Source: a virus. From it: 64,000 bases of DNA. A program made the position numbers and the translations under genes. Shown one piece after another: positions 8,779 to 18,455 of the stretch. The stretch's first letter is position 1. Every line of letters starts with the position of its first letter. The stretch spans positions 1 through 64,000 of IMG/VR virus record IMGVR_UViG_3300010354_004913. One strand, given 5' to 3'. The notes under the pieces are model-generated. The model was not told the origin of the DNA. It worked only from the letters and a program-made list of their open reading frames with translations, and did not search any database.

Positions 8779-10249
8779 GGTTTCTAAAATATTCTCTTAA
8801 TAGCTCGTTATCTAGCTTGATTCCTCGTAAAAATCTTTTTTTATTCAACACTGATATCTTCTTAATATTTACTTTATTAAAATTATTTTTAAAGAACAAG
8901 TTTAAATTATCTAGTACAACGTGATCTTCTTTTTCCCAGAATGCCAAATATAAGGAATTATTAAGGCTGTCAATTACAATGTATGAATCAGTATAATTTA
9001 AATTAAGATCATTGATAATTTTAATATCTAAAATTTCACCGTCTATTTTTGTTATATCACTTCTTCCTTTATGTACATAGTATTCTCCAACATGATCAAA
9101 TAGGTCATTAGTAACTATGTCAATATTATAAACTGGCAATCCAATTTTTATTAGTCCGCTATCAGAAATGTCAATATTGTAAAAGTTGTCAACTTTACTG
9201 AAAAATGATGAATTACGATCTAATGAATCTTTATCGATCGTTAATAAAAATACTGGACCACTAGTTTCATTTGAGCCAAATATACTAGTAATAGATTTAA
9301 AAATATTATTTCTTATAGCTTGTTTAGGTTTATCTTGAATATATGATAATGTTTGTACATTTAATTTAGGCCATGATAAATTATTTCTGGTGCTTGAATC
9401 TATAAATTCATCTATCATAAATGGATAAGGAAAAATTATATTTTCTAGTAATTCTCTATATTCTGAAATTGTATTAACAAACTGGTCAAAATTATTATAG
9501 TCATCTAGGTCATAAAATAAATGTTCTGTTACAGTATTGCTTGATAACGTTGGTAATAGGTATACTGCTAGACTACTTCCGTGATTTAAATTTCTAACAT
9601 GTAAACAACTTCCAGAAAATCTGTCAGCATTTCTTAGAGTAATTTTATATAAAAATTCATGCGAATGTTCTACAATTTTAGGTGTTCCTGTAGTACCACT
9701 ACTTGTACAACGCATAGCTATATCAGATGGTTCAGGAAAAATAGATTTAGCTTCTTCAAATTCTTTTTGATTTAAAATCCAAAAATTTAAATCAAGACTA
9801 CTGTAAGTTCTATTAGAACATTCTTTAAAAAATTTAAATTTGGTAAATGATTTTGATTTTGTATCTAATACAGTCTTTGGAAAATCATGTAAAAAAATGT
9901 CTATAGGCGATAGTATTTTTGTTTTTGGATCGAAATACTCTATATCTTCAAAGTCGTCATTGCGAGTATAATCTACTATGACAATTTTAAGACTTAATTC
10001 TAGTGCGGCAAAACAAGCAGCAAGATAATTGATATCTAAAACTTGCATGCCTATAAGTATCGATTCTCCTTTTTTAGCTTCACACTTGTATTTTAAAACA
10101 TATTTCCATAAATCGATCTTATGCGTTAAAAGTTTTTTATCAAAGTTTCTAATATTTTTAAAATCTAAAATACTGCGACGATTTTTTAATTTTAAATTAA
10201 CACCTTGAAAGGAATCATTTATTAAATGTCTTGAAATTATGTTCAACAT
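8771..10249 (-). CDS. ANL-superfamily adenylate-forming (AMP-binding) enzyme
   Basis: TSSGTTGTPK (A3), FGSNETSG (A5), TND, KGRSD..KIDG (A7/A8). Confidence 0.75.
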   Translation of the reverse strand: MLNIISRHLINDSFQGVNLKLKNRRSILDFKNIRNFDKKLLTHKIDLWKYVLKYKCEAKKGESILIGMQVLDINYLAACFAALELSLKIVIVDYTRNDDFEDIEYFDPKTKILSPIDIFLHDFPKTVLDTKSKSFTKFKFFKECSNRTYSSLDLNFWILNQKEFEEAKSIFPEPSDIAMRCTSSGTTGTPKIVEHSHEFLYKITLRNADRFSGSCLHVRNLNHGSSLAVYLLPTLSSNTVTEHLFYDLDDYNNFDQFVNTISEYRELLENIIFPYPFMIDEFIDSSTRNNLSWPKLNVQTLSYIQDKPKQAIRNNIFKSITSIFGSNETSGPVFLLTIDKDSLDRNSSFFSKVDNFYNIDISDSGLIKIGLPVYNIDIVTNDLFDHVGEYYVHKGRSDITKIDGEILDIKIINDLNLNYTDSYIVIDSLNNSLYLAFWEKEDHVVLDNLNLFFKNNFNKVNIKKISVLNKKRFLRGIKLDNELLREYFRNHV

Positions 10250-10260
10250 ACCAATACTTA

Positions 10261-11316
10261 TCAAAAATAATCTTCTAGATTTCCATCTCTTACAATATCT
10301 AACGTGGCACAGTGATAGCCACCGCTTAACGTTTGAGAATGCCGCATAGAAGTTGGAACAACTGTCATTTTATATTGTTCTAAAACTTTAATTAAATTTA
10401 CTTGATCTTTACCTACAATAACAGTGTTTTCATCTATACTGAGAATATTCATTCCAATATAAGGACTACAAGGACTTATACTTCCCGGCCCCGATTGTGT
10501 AATTGAATTTACATTTACATCTTTAAAATATATCTTATCCCAGCTCTCAAATAATTTTGGACAATTGGCAGGATTAACTCTCGTGCTGTTTAATAAGACT
10601 AGTCCCGGACGGAGAGGAATAATTGTACTGTCGAAATGTGCAAAACTGTAAACATGTTCAGCAGCATGTAATCTGTATCCTCTAGGTTCTAGCGTGTTCT
10701 TTAACCATTGAAATCCTAACCAATTACCTGTGTTAGAAATTTGAAAAAGGATATCTCTACCAAGCCTTATACAATTTGGTGCATCAAATATAGGTTCTAA
10801 GTTAGTTAAGCTAGGTTTAGACAAATCTTCAAATTGATATGAGTCGTCTAATAATCTAGGCTTAGGCGCAGCTATCCATTCGGTGCCATTTTTAACAGAT
10901 TCAATCATTATTTGATGATACGCTCTAGTTTCAAATAATCTGCTTCGACAGGGGCTAGGAGTCTCTATCATTAAATTGTTTAATGGAAGTAAAAGATCTC
11001 TAGGACACCATGTATACCATCCTGTTGATGTCCAATCTGGTGTGCTAAAAGTTTTACTATGATCTATAATTTCGGGTCTATGTACTTTAACGCCTGCTTT
11101 TATTAACACAGAGCAAAGTTCGTTAGCATCTTCGTTAGCTTCGTCAATCAGCCATTTTGGATACTGTCCCTCTATTTTTTTAACAGTAGCAATATCATAG
11201 TTTGTATAGCTCATACTCATAGTGCTTAAATCTACAGTAGGAACACGAGCATAATCAGCACGGCCAACAATAATTTCTTTTAAAGGATCCCAGTCGTTGT
11301 TTGAATTTATTCGCAT
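10261..11316 (-). CDS. amidinotransferase (glycine/inosamine-phosphate amidinotransferase family)
   Basis: N.WDPLKEIIVG, CPRD, FDA.N, HFDST, GGYHCATLD (Asp-His-Cys triad). Confidence 0.9.
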   Translation of the reverse strand: MRINSNNDWDPLKEIIVGRADYARVPTVDLSTMSMSYTNYDIATVKKIEGQYPKWLIDEANEDANELCSVLIKAGVKVHRPEIIDHSKTFSTPDWTSTGWYTWCPRDLLLPLNNLMIETPSPCRSRLFETRAYHQIMIESVKNGTEWIAAPKPRLLDDSYQFEDLSKPSLTNLEPIFDAPNCIRLGRDILFQISNTGNWLGFQWLKNTLEPRGYRLHAAEHVYSFAHFDSTIIPLRPGLVLLNSTRVNPANCPKLFESWDKIYFKDVNVNSITQSGPGSISPCSPYIGMNILSIDENTVIVGKDQVNLIKVLEQYKMTVVPTSMRHSQTLSGGYHCATLDIVRDGNLEDYF

Positions 11317-12236
11317 AATAGATGTTTAAGAATGTATTCTTTGTTAGGTATAGATGAATTGTTTATAGTTTCAACTACTTTATTCTTGTCTTTAACTTGA
11401 TTAATATCCAAATGTTTAGGATATGTTAAAACATTAGAAGTCCAAGTTAACGAATTACTTTTGATAAATTTTTCTAAATCAAATAATCCATGCCAGTTAT
11501 TTTTATGAATAACTGTATGAATTGTTAATTGATAATTTAACCTTTTTATTTGTTCAATGAAATTTAAAATATCTTCCCATTTGCTCCCAGATCTTACTTT
11601 TTCGTTAAGTTCTTTGTAACCGTCAATGCTTACAATAAATTTAACTTGTTTACACTCATTTAACAATTTTATTGTTTCGTCGTCCAATAAAAATGTACCA
11701 TTGGTATTATAAGTAACTTTGAGATTAGTTCGATCTGCTATTTTTAATATTCTTAAATGCCTAGTAGTCATCAAAGGTTCCCCACCTAAGAATAATACTT
11801 TATTGACAGACTTAGGAAGATCTATTATTTCTTTACTAGTTCTTACAACAATTTCAGAATTATTTTTCTTTGCCCAACTGCTGCTAAATTCATCCCAACA
11901 ACCGTCACAGGTTAAATTACAAATATTGTCCAATCCTACTTCTAAGAATTTAAGTTCAACTTGTTCACAATCGTATTCTTCATTAAATTGTTGACGTAGA
12001 CTTTTCTTTCCTAGACTTTCTTCATAATAGCATTTTTGACAATTAGGATTATGTATACCCTGTAAACTGTTATTTCTTAAATTTTCATACTCAGATGAGT
12101 CTAAAATGTCAACAACATTTTCTGTAAACTTTTTTACAGGAGTTTTATATCGACAACAGGCAAAGACATTATTATCGTTTCTTATATTAATGTGTTTCCA
12201 AAAAGCAGCGCACTTTGTTTCCATAAACTTATTCAT
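11307..12236 (-). CDS. radical SAM protein with N-terminal Cys-rich (twitch/SPASM-like) domain
   Basis: CNLTCDGC, GGEP, TNGT, SIDG; N-terminal C...W...CC...C..C. Confidence 0.85.
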   Translation of the reverse strand: MNKFMETKCAAFWKHINIRNDNNVFACCRYKTPVKKFTENVVDILDSSEYENLRNNSLQGIHNPNCQKCYYEESLGKKSLRQQFNEEYDCEQVELKFLEVGLDNICNLTCDGCWDEFSSSWAKKNNSEIVVRTSKEIIDLPKSVNKVLFLGGEPLMTTRHLRILKIADRTNLKVTYNTNGTFLLDDETIKLLNECKQVKFIVSIDGYKELNEKVRSGSKWEDILNFIEQIKRLNYQLTIHTVIHKNNWHGLFDLEKFIKSNSLTWTSNVLTYPKHLDINQVKDKNKVVETINNSSIPNKEYILKHLLCE

Positions 12237-12714
12237 ATACTGACACTAATAATGTCAGCTTAGGAATCATACCGATATTAGCTGATCCGTGATTATCTGA
12301 AAAATTATCAAAAATGAAAACGTCTCCTTTTTTATAATCTGTAATAAGTTTGTCATTTATGATAAAAACATGGCCAGAATGATAATCTTGCATAGGTATC
12401 CAATAAAATTTTCCTTTGGCACCTTCTGGATGAGGATCAATGTGCATGGGCATAAATTGTCCTTGAAGTAATCTAGCCACCCACCATCCAGTTTGTTTTG
12501 CTCCTTTCATAAATGGAAATTCTAAGTTGAAAGAAACATGATGCGGTTCTATCACAGCCCAGTTTGATCTTGAAAGATCGTAACCCGCATTTAATAGTCT
12601 ATTGTATTCAGAGCTTCCTTCACAAAAAGGTCTAGGCCATTCTTTAGGCAAGGACAAAACTTCATCGGTCCACTCGTCTTTTATATACGAATTAAAGTTC
12701 CCTAAGTATTTCAA
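12229..12714 (-). CDS. Fe(II)/2OG-type oxygenase (cupin/DSBH)
   Basis: PMHIDPH (HxD) ... HGSANIG (distal His). Confidence 0.7.
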   Translation of the reverse strand: MKYLGNFNSYIKDEWTDEVLSLPKEWPRPFCEGSSEYNRLLNAGYDLSRSNWAVIEPHHVSFNLEFPFMKGAKQTGWWVARLLQGQFMPMHIDPHPEGAKGKFYWIPMQDYHSGHVFIINDKLITDYKKGDVFIFDNFSDNHGSANIGMIPKLTLLVSVYE

Positions 12715-13642
12715 TGAACTTCCCTCCTTCTTTAAACTGTTTTTTCCTATTTACATCTAGCGTTACTTTTTGTCTAGGAGTGTCGTTGTTCGGACGTTTA
12801 TCAAACGCACATAACTTACATACTTCTATCGACTTGTCTAAATTGTTAACGAATTCCCTTACTTGATCAATTGGTAAAAAAGGATCGCATCCTTTGTATT
12901 TTTCTAATATTTCTTGTGCTTCTGTCTCGTACCTAACTTGTAATTTTGCATCTGGGTAGTTTGTAACTGGTGGACATTTATACAACAAGCCGTGCTGAAA
13001 AGTATAAACTGCTTTCCAACCACAGCTAGTATGACTAGCTTCTTGATCTCCTCCCATTTCAAAATATACTGTGCCGTTTTCAACCGTTTTATGATAGGGC
13101 AAATACATTTCTGTAATCTTCATAAATTTACAAACTTCTCTACCATCGATAAAGTACTGTATTGTTTTATTTGTTTCAAATTCTATACCAGGAGTTTCAA
13201 TAGAACTTACTCTAGTGCCCCACGGGGACAACGTATCTTCTATTTCTTTTTTAATTTCATCAAATGTTTCTTCTTCGTGACAGGACACTGTGACTCTAGC
13301 ATTTCCGTCTAAAAATACCTTTCTAGAAAAATCCATTTTTTTAGACATTCTAGTTCCATTAGTCATGACTTCTATGAAAACATTAGGCCAAATTTTTCTA
13401 ACTTCTTCGAACCATAAATCTAAATCAGGATTAAGATACGGTTCCCCGCCGCATAAAGATATTTCAGGTACATCAAGAATCTGTCCCCATTTAGCATATT
13501 TTTCCGCAGATTCGGCCCACCTACTATTGCCTTTAAAATCATACATGGCTAAACCGGCACAGTGACTACAGGTCATATTACATAGGTTATTAACCAGTAT
13601 AGATACAGGGTAAGTTAATTTTAGTTTATTCTTTAGTATCAT
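12692..13642 (-). CDS. radical SAM protein
   Basis: CNMTCSHC, GGEP, TNG, C-terminal LYKC...CKLC. Confidence 0.85.
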   Translation of the reverse strand: MILKNKLKLTYPVSILVNNLCNMTCSHCAGLAMYDFKGNSRWAESAEKYAKWGQILDVPEISLCGGEPYLNPDLDLWFEEVRKIWPNVFIEVMTNGTRMSKKMDFSRKVFLDGNARVTVSCHEEETFDEIKKEIEDTLSPWGTRVSSIETPGIEFETNKTIQYFIDGREVCKFMKITEMYLPYHKTVENGTVYFEMGGDQEASHTSCGWKAVYTFQHGLLYKCPPVTNYPDAKLQVRYETEAQEILEKYKGCDPFLPIDQVREFVNNLDKSIEVCKLCAFDKRPNNDTPRQKVTLDVNRKKQFKEGGKFIEILREL

Positions 13643-14685
13643 ATTTTGTTAATAATATCATATCTTATTAGATGATGAAATCCCTTTTGGTTAAACCATT
13701 TATCTATTTCTAATTTTTCTATACCGTACTCTTTAGACAAATTTTCTAAAATTTGAAAATTACGTTCAACAAGTTTGAAAAAATGTAAATAATTATAGTT
13801 TATATCATCGGTTATTTTTTCAATATTATTTTGATAATTTTCTAAAAAATGTTTTGTATTAAAAACTATAGCATCTAACCTGTCTTCTTCTGAAGACAAA
13901 TAGGCATAATCTTTTATTAGCATATATTCTTCAAATGTCTTAAATCCTAATTCTTTAATGTAATCAAACATTTGAGGATTAGATGCGTGTAAAAAAGGAT
14001 GTCGTTGTACAAATACTCTGTATGTTTTTTCTGTAAGATATTTATATGACAGATCTGAGTCGCTAATTCCTTCAGATATTATGCTTAATAGTGTGTTTTG
14101 ATAAACATTAGGATCTACCCAAGCAGTATCTTTGGTCCATTGGTTATCGGATGGTTCTGTACCATAATGTTTAGAATTTTCATAGACATCGTCAATTTGA
14201 CGACATAACTTTATAAGATCTTCATAATTATAAAATCTACTGCGACACCATTGTTCTTGTTCTTCTGTCCAAGGCTTGAAAAAAGTCCACTCAGCATTTT
14301 TTAGAAGATCTAATTTTTGATATCGATTTAATAATCCTATCCTGTTTGGTCTGTTAGGTACTCCTCCTAAAAATAAAAATTTTTGGGCATTGCTATTCCA
14401 GCAGTATGTTTGTTTATTTTTATAACTATTGTAAGTAGTATGAAGATTAAAATTAAATGGTACTACTTTTTTGTAATCTGTATTTTCTGAAGCTAGCCCG
14501 GCAACAATTGTTAGATCAACTTTACTAGCCAATGTTGAAATAACATCACCTGGCGTTTCATGTATAAATCCATCAGCTAACATTAAACCTAGAACTTTGT
14601 TACAATTGCCAATCTCTTTAATAAGAACATTGTATTTTTGTTCTTCAGGAATAAAAAAAGTTTCTAGGTTAACAATTTTATACAT
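13639..14685 (-). CDS. hypothetical protein, possibly glycosyltransferase-like
   Basis: LTEKTYR...HPF...GFKTF motif, which resembles GT-B-like phage proteins; context of NDP-sugar genes. Confidence 0.4.
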   Translation of the reverse strand: MYKIVNLETFFIPEEQKYNVLIKEIGNCNKVLGLMLADGFIHETPGDVISTLASKVDLTIVAGLASENTDYKKVVPFNFNLHTTYNSYKNKQTYCWNSNAQKFLFLGGVPNRPNRIGLLNRYQKLDLLKNAEWTFFKPWTEEQEQWCRSRFYNYEDLIKLCRQIDDVYENSKHYGTEPSDNQWTKDTAWVDPNVYQNTLLSIISEGISDSDLSYKYLTEKTYRVFVQRHPFLHASNPQMFDYIKELGFKTFEEYMLIKDYAYLSSEEDRLDAIVFNTKHFLENYQNNIEKITDDINYNYLHFFKLVERNFQILENLSKEYGIEKLEIDKWFNQKGFHHLIRYDIINKI

Positions 14686-15556
14686 TTAAATGATTATGAA
14701 AGCTAAGTCGATTTGTTAAATTACCCCTGTTATATTCAGGATACAATGATTGTCTATCAATACCAAATATCACAGTGTTTGAAGGCTCTACATTTAATTG
14801 TGTACACATTTTTTGTTGTTTAACAAAATATTTATTGTAGATATAATCTGGTCCGTACTGTGTAAAAAGATCTAATCCTAACTTAGCAGATAGCCTGTTA
14901 TTATAGTTGATCTTATCATAAACAAATAATAAATCGTCGTCATCTACTTTTGTTAATCTCATACCTATTCTTGCGTGAGCCACAGGAAAAGTTTTACTAA
15001 GACTAAACACAATATCAGTTATACAAGTGTTATTGAAATTGAAATTTATATTAGAACAAATGCCAAAATACGCACAATCAACTAGCACCGGTATTTTAAG
15101 TTTATTACATTCTTGAAGAAGTTGATTCATTTCGGGATGTTCATTTCCAGTATCTGAAAATGGTAAACTAGTAACTACAGCATCATTTTCAGATAATGGT
15201 GCTTGGTCTATGAATAACCAATCTGTCCAATTATTTCTCCAGGCCAGCTGATGATAAATGTATTCTCCACGAAAGCAACGAAATCTTCTATTTTTATTTT
15301 TAATATAAAACATATCAAAAGACTGAGAAGTTCCGTTTGAGAAAACAGAATGTTGAAAATTAATTAGACCAGTGATAGAGTTGTTTTTTGTAGATAAAAT
15401 CCACTCTAAATAATTTTTACAAAATTTTCTAGTAATATCATTATCATGTAACGCAGGTATTAGACTGAGAGATGACATATATTTTAAAACATGAGAATCT
15501 TGTATGGCAAAAGATCCACCATAGGGAAGACTTCTTTTGTCATTGGGTGCTGTCAT
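14678..15556 (-). CDS. PLP-dependent aminotransferase-fold enzyme
   Basis: VDCAY (DxAY) and FSLSKTF....RIG PLP-lysine motif. Confidence 0.75.
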   Translation of the reverse strand: MTAPNDKRSLPYGGSFAIQDSHVLKYMSSLSLIPALHDNDITRKFCKNYLEWILSTKNNSITGLINFQHSVFSNGTSQSFDMFYIKNKNRRFRCFRGEYIYHQLAWRNNWTDWLFIDQAPLSENDAVVTSLPFSDTGNEHPEMNQLLQECNKLKIPVLVDCAYFGICSNINFNFNNTCITDIVFSLSKTFPVAHARIGMRLTKVDDDDLLFVYDKINYNNRLSAKLGLDLFTQYGPDYIYNKYFVKQQKMCTQLNVEPSNTVIFGIDRQSLYPEYNRGNLTNRLSFHNHLNV

Positions 15557-16452
15557 AGTTTATCCTTTATTTTTTTAATTGCGTCATTAAACTTTAAAGG
15601 ATTAAATTTTGGATGAAGTTTCTTTAAAATTTCTAGATCTGGTCTACGACGTTGAACACTTCCTTTCCTACTAGGTAAATGATTCCATGATATATCAAAC
15701 ACATTTAAAGACTGAGCAATAATATTAGCAGCTTGTGATACAGTAATTTCTTCATCACTACCTATATTTACTACACCTTTATAGTTTATATTTGACACAT
15801 GGATTAGTGCTTCTACTGCATCAGAAACATAACAAAAAGATCTTGTTTCGTTTGAACCAATTAAATCAAATTCTTTATTTTTAATTTTACTAGCAATGTC
15901 TTTTACAAAATGACCATGGCCGCTGTGTTCACTAAACACATTAAAAAATCTAACAATTGTGTAATCAATTTTACTATTTGACAGGTAATTTTCTGATAAA
16001 ATTTTTGGCAGTCTATAACTCCATCTTGGATTATGGATATCTTTTATTAATATATCTGTCTCTTCTGATGTGGGAAAATTTTCAGTATCAGCAACTACTT
16101 CACTTGAACTGGCATAAACCAGTTTACATTTAGGATTTTGTTCTACATAGGAAAATATTGATAAGTCTAACTGAACATTGTTTTTTAAAACTTTATTTGG
16201 AACTTCATAAAAAAATTTGGTTCCATTAATAGCTGCCATGTGGTATATTACGTCAAAGTCATTTTTACTAGACTTTAAAAAATCTTCGATGTCTGATTTT
16301 ATAAAATTTCCATCTGGTTTGTAAGCAGGGAATCTAGAACAATTATCTATACCTATTACATTTAATCCCAGTTGTTGTAATTGAAAAAATAGTTCTCTAC
16401 CTATTAAACCTGCTGCACCTGTTACTAATATTTTTTTACTGTTATTGGCCAT
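15553..16452 (-). CDS. NAD-dependent epimerase/dehydratase (UDP-glucuronate decarboxylase-like)
   Basis: GAAGLIG, ASSSEV, PRWSY...K, RFFNV, TRSFCYVSD, RRRPD. Confidence 0.85.
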   Translation of the reverse strand: MANNSKKILVTGAAGLIGRELFFQLQQLGLNVIGIDNCSRFPAYKPDGNFIKSDIEDFLKSSKNDFDVIYHMAAINGTKFFYEVPNKVLKNNVQLDLSIFSYVEQNPKCKLVYASSSEVVADTENFPTSEETDILIKDIHNPRWSYRLPKILSENYLSNSKIDYTIVRFFNVFSEHSGHGHFVKDIASKIKNKEFDLIGSNETRSFCYVSDAVEALIHVSNINYKGVVNIGSDEEITVSQAANIIAQSLNVFDISWNHLPSRKGSVQRRRPDLEILKKLHPKFNPLKFNDAIKKIKDKL

Positions 16453-17162
16453 TTGTTATTGTCATTTCTTATTGCGGTAAAATACGATTGGTCAATGTTT
16501 AAATGTTTCATTGAGGTAATAAGAAACTCTAAATCTTTGGGCAAACATTTACCACCAAACCCTCTCAAATTTTCATTAACGTCAAGATAGTGTTGATCGT
16601 GATTTACCTTAATATATGCTGAAACAATTTTATCATAATCAGCATTAACTTTTTTACTTATATCATAAAAATGATTAGCTAAAACAACTCTAGAACTAGC
16701 CATAGTATTGCTTAACATTTTTAAAATTTCTGCTTCTTTAATAGAACAAACAGTGTAATCTTCATCTTTTAACCAATCTGGCACTTTAACAAGATTAGTT
16801 CCTACTACTAAAGGTCTAAGTAAAACATCTAACTGCCAGCATCGTTCTCTTAAAAATTCTGGCATGTAGATAATTTTATCATTAATTACATTTTCTATAT
16901 GTTCCCCAGTGCCAATCGGCAATGTAGATCGTATAACAATTTGTATCGATCGATTTAAATTTTTAAGGCCTAATAACGTATTAATTAAAACGTCTATATC
17001 ATTGTCTGACGACGTAGGAACACAAACAAAAACAACATCGCAAAGAGATAAATCAGACAGTTTAGTATCTAATTTTATATCGTGTATTACGGGATTTTTG
17101 AGCTTTAAACTTCTTTCTGTTGCTCGACCTACAATACCATAACCAAGAATTCCAGCTTTCAT
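16425..17162 (-). CDS. UDP-glucose/GDP-mannose dehydrogenase family protein (lacks C-terminal domain)
   Basis: GYGIVG, CVPT, RST, PEFLRE, AE..K...N, GFGGKCLPKD. Confidence 0.85.
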   Translation of the reverse strand: MKAGILGYGIVGRATERSLKLKNPVIHDIKLDTKLSDLSLCDVVFVCVPTSSDNDIDVLINTLLGLKNLNRSIQIVIRSTLPIGTGEHIENVINDKIIYMPEFLRERCWQLDVLLRPLVVGTNLVKVPDWLKDEDYTVCSIKEAEILKMLSNTMASSRVVLANHFYDISKKVNADYDKIVSAYIKVNHDQHYLDVNENLRGFGGKCLPKDLEFLITSMKHLNIDQSYFTAIRNDNNKWPITVKKY

Positions 17163-17647
17163 ATTGTTGTACTAACCTGACATGAGTGAAAATGTGAATT
17201 ACTAGCATTTACAGCAAAATGTAATTCAGTTGAATCAAACGCCCAAACATCACCTTTTTTCCAGTTTACAATGTTCATATGTTCAAATCCTAAAAGATGT
17301 CCAAATTGCCAATCTTCTAAAAATATAAGATACCTAATACATTGTTCAACTTCAATTTGTAGTTGTTGCCTAAGAGTAAAAAACGTGTCTCTGTGTGACG
17401 GCAATATTAAATTAGGTATAATACAAGTCCAACTAACCGAGCCTTTATCTACACCCACGGCTGAATAAAAGTTTTTCCAACAACCCGGAAGTTCATCATT
17501 AAAGCTTTGTAGCAGATAATCTCTATTATAGTAAGTTCTGTCTAAATGATCAAAATTTTTAGCAACGAAGGGAACTTGTCTAGCATAAGAATGCCTTTTT
17601 AAATCTTCCGACCAAAAATCTTGTATGTTTTTAACAAATCGTATCAT
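17159..17647 (-). CDS. Fe(II)/2OG-type oxygenase (cupin/DSBH)
   Basis: PSHRD ... DWQFGH ... LHFAVN. Confidence 0.65.
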   Translation of the reverse strand: MIRFVKNIQDFWSEDLKRHSYARQVPFVAKNFDHLDRTYYNRDYLLQSFNDELPGCWKNFYSAVGVDKGSVSWTCIIPNLILPSHRDTFFTLRQQLQIEVEQCIRYLIFLEDWQFGHLLGFEHMNIVNWKKGDVWAFDSTELHFAVNASNSHFHSCQVSTTI

Positions 17648-17662
17648 TTTAATCTAAGTCCA

Positions 17663-17697
17663 TACTTATACTTATCGATATCTGCATAGGATAATTA
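17663..17697. promoter_or_regulatory. divergent late-type promoter motifs
   Basis: Minus-strand TATAAGTA (17663-17670) before 17647; weaker TAATTA (17692-17697) before 17703. Confidence 0.4.
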
Positions 17698-17702
17698 TCT
17701 AT

Positions 17703-18455
17703 ATGAATGCTTTAGAATTTTATTATAATAACAGACATTGCCATTGGAAATTAGAAGAATGTCCCGATGGCTGTGATAGCAATTATCAAATAGCCAATTG
17801 GTTGCTTAACAAATCTAATTTTGGTTGGTTAGAATTAGACGTAGAAATTGACCTAGAGCAGTGGAAAACAGAGTGTCAAAATGTACAATTTTTTGACCAT
17901 CGAGGATCAGACCATCCGGGATGGAATAGTACTTGTATACATGGCATCGATGTAGATAAAACAGGATCCTGGACAAACTATGGATATACCAACGAAGACG
18001 ACGTTCCCTATAAATGGACGTTGTTAAGTGAAAGAACACCTTCAATAAAAAACTTTTGGAGTAACTTTCCATACGAAACCTATAGAAGAATTCGATTTAT
18101 GGAAGTTGAATCTAATGGAGTAGTAAGTCCGCATATCGATATGCCGGGACGTTTACCGGGAGAAGATAATTTCAATGCCTTACAATTTGGTGTGCCTATA
18201 AACGTTGCTATTATACATCCAGAAAATTGTTTTATGACTTTAGAAAACTACGGATGTGTTCCCTGGCAAGAAGGTAAAGCATTTATAATAAACATTAGAA
18301 ATTATCATAGTGTAATAAACTTTAGTAAAATCAGTCGAATACATTTAATTGCTCATGGTAAACCTCAAAGCAGAATTAACGAATTTGTTGAGCTAGTAGC
18401 AAGAAGTTATAAAAAACAATATGAAAAACAAAATAATTTTTTGCGTAGTCAATGA
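17703..18455 (+). CDS. aspartyl/asparaginyl beta-hydroxylase-like Fe(II)/2OG oxygenase
   Basis: RIRFM...PHID ... W.EG.....HSVIN....RIHLI. Confidence 0.75.
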   Translation: MNALEFYYNNRHCHWKLEECPDGCDSNYQIANWLLNKSNFGWLELDVEIDLEQWKTECQNVQFFDHRGSDHPGWNSTCIHGIDVDKTGSWTNYGYTNEDDVPYKWTLLSERTPSIKNFWSNFPYETYRRIRFMEVESNGVVSPHIDMPGRLPGEDNFNALQFGVPINVAIIHPENCFMTLENYGCVPWQEGKAFIINIRNYHSVINFSKISRIHLIAHGKPQSRINEFVELVARSYKKQYEKQNNFLRSQ

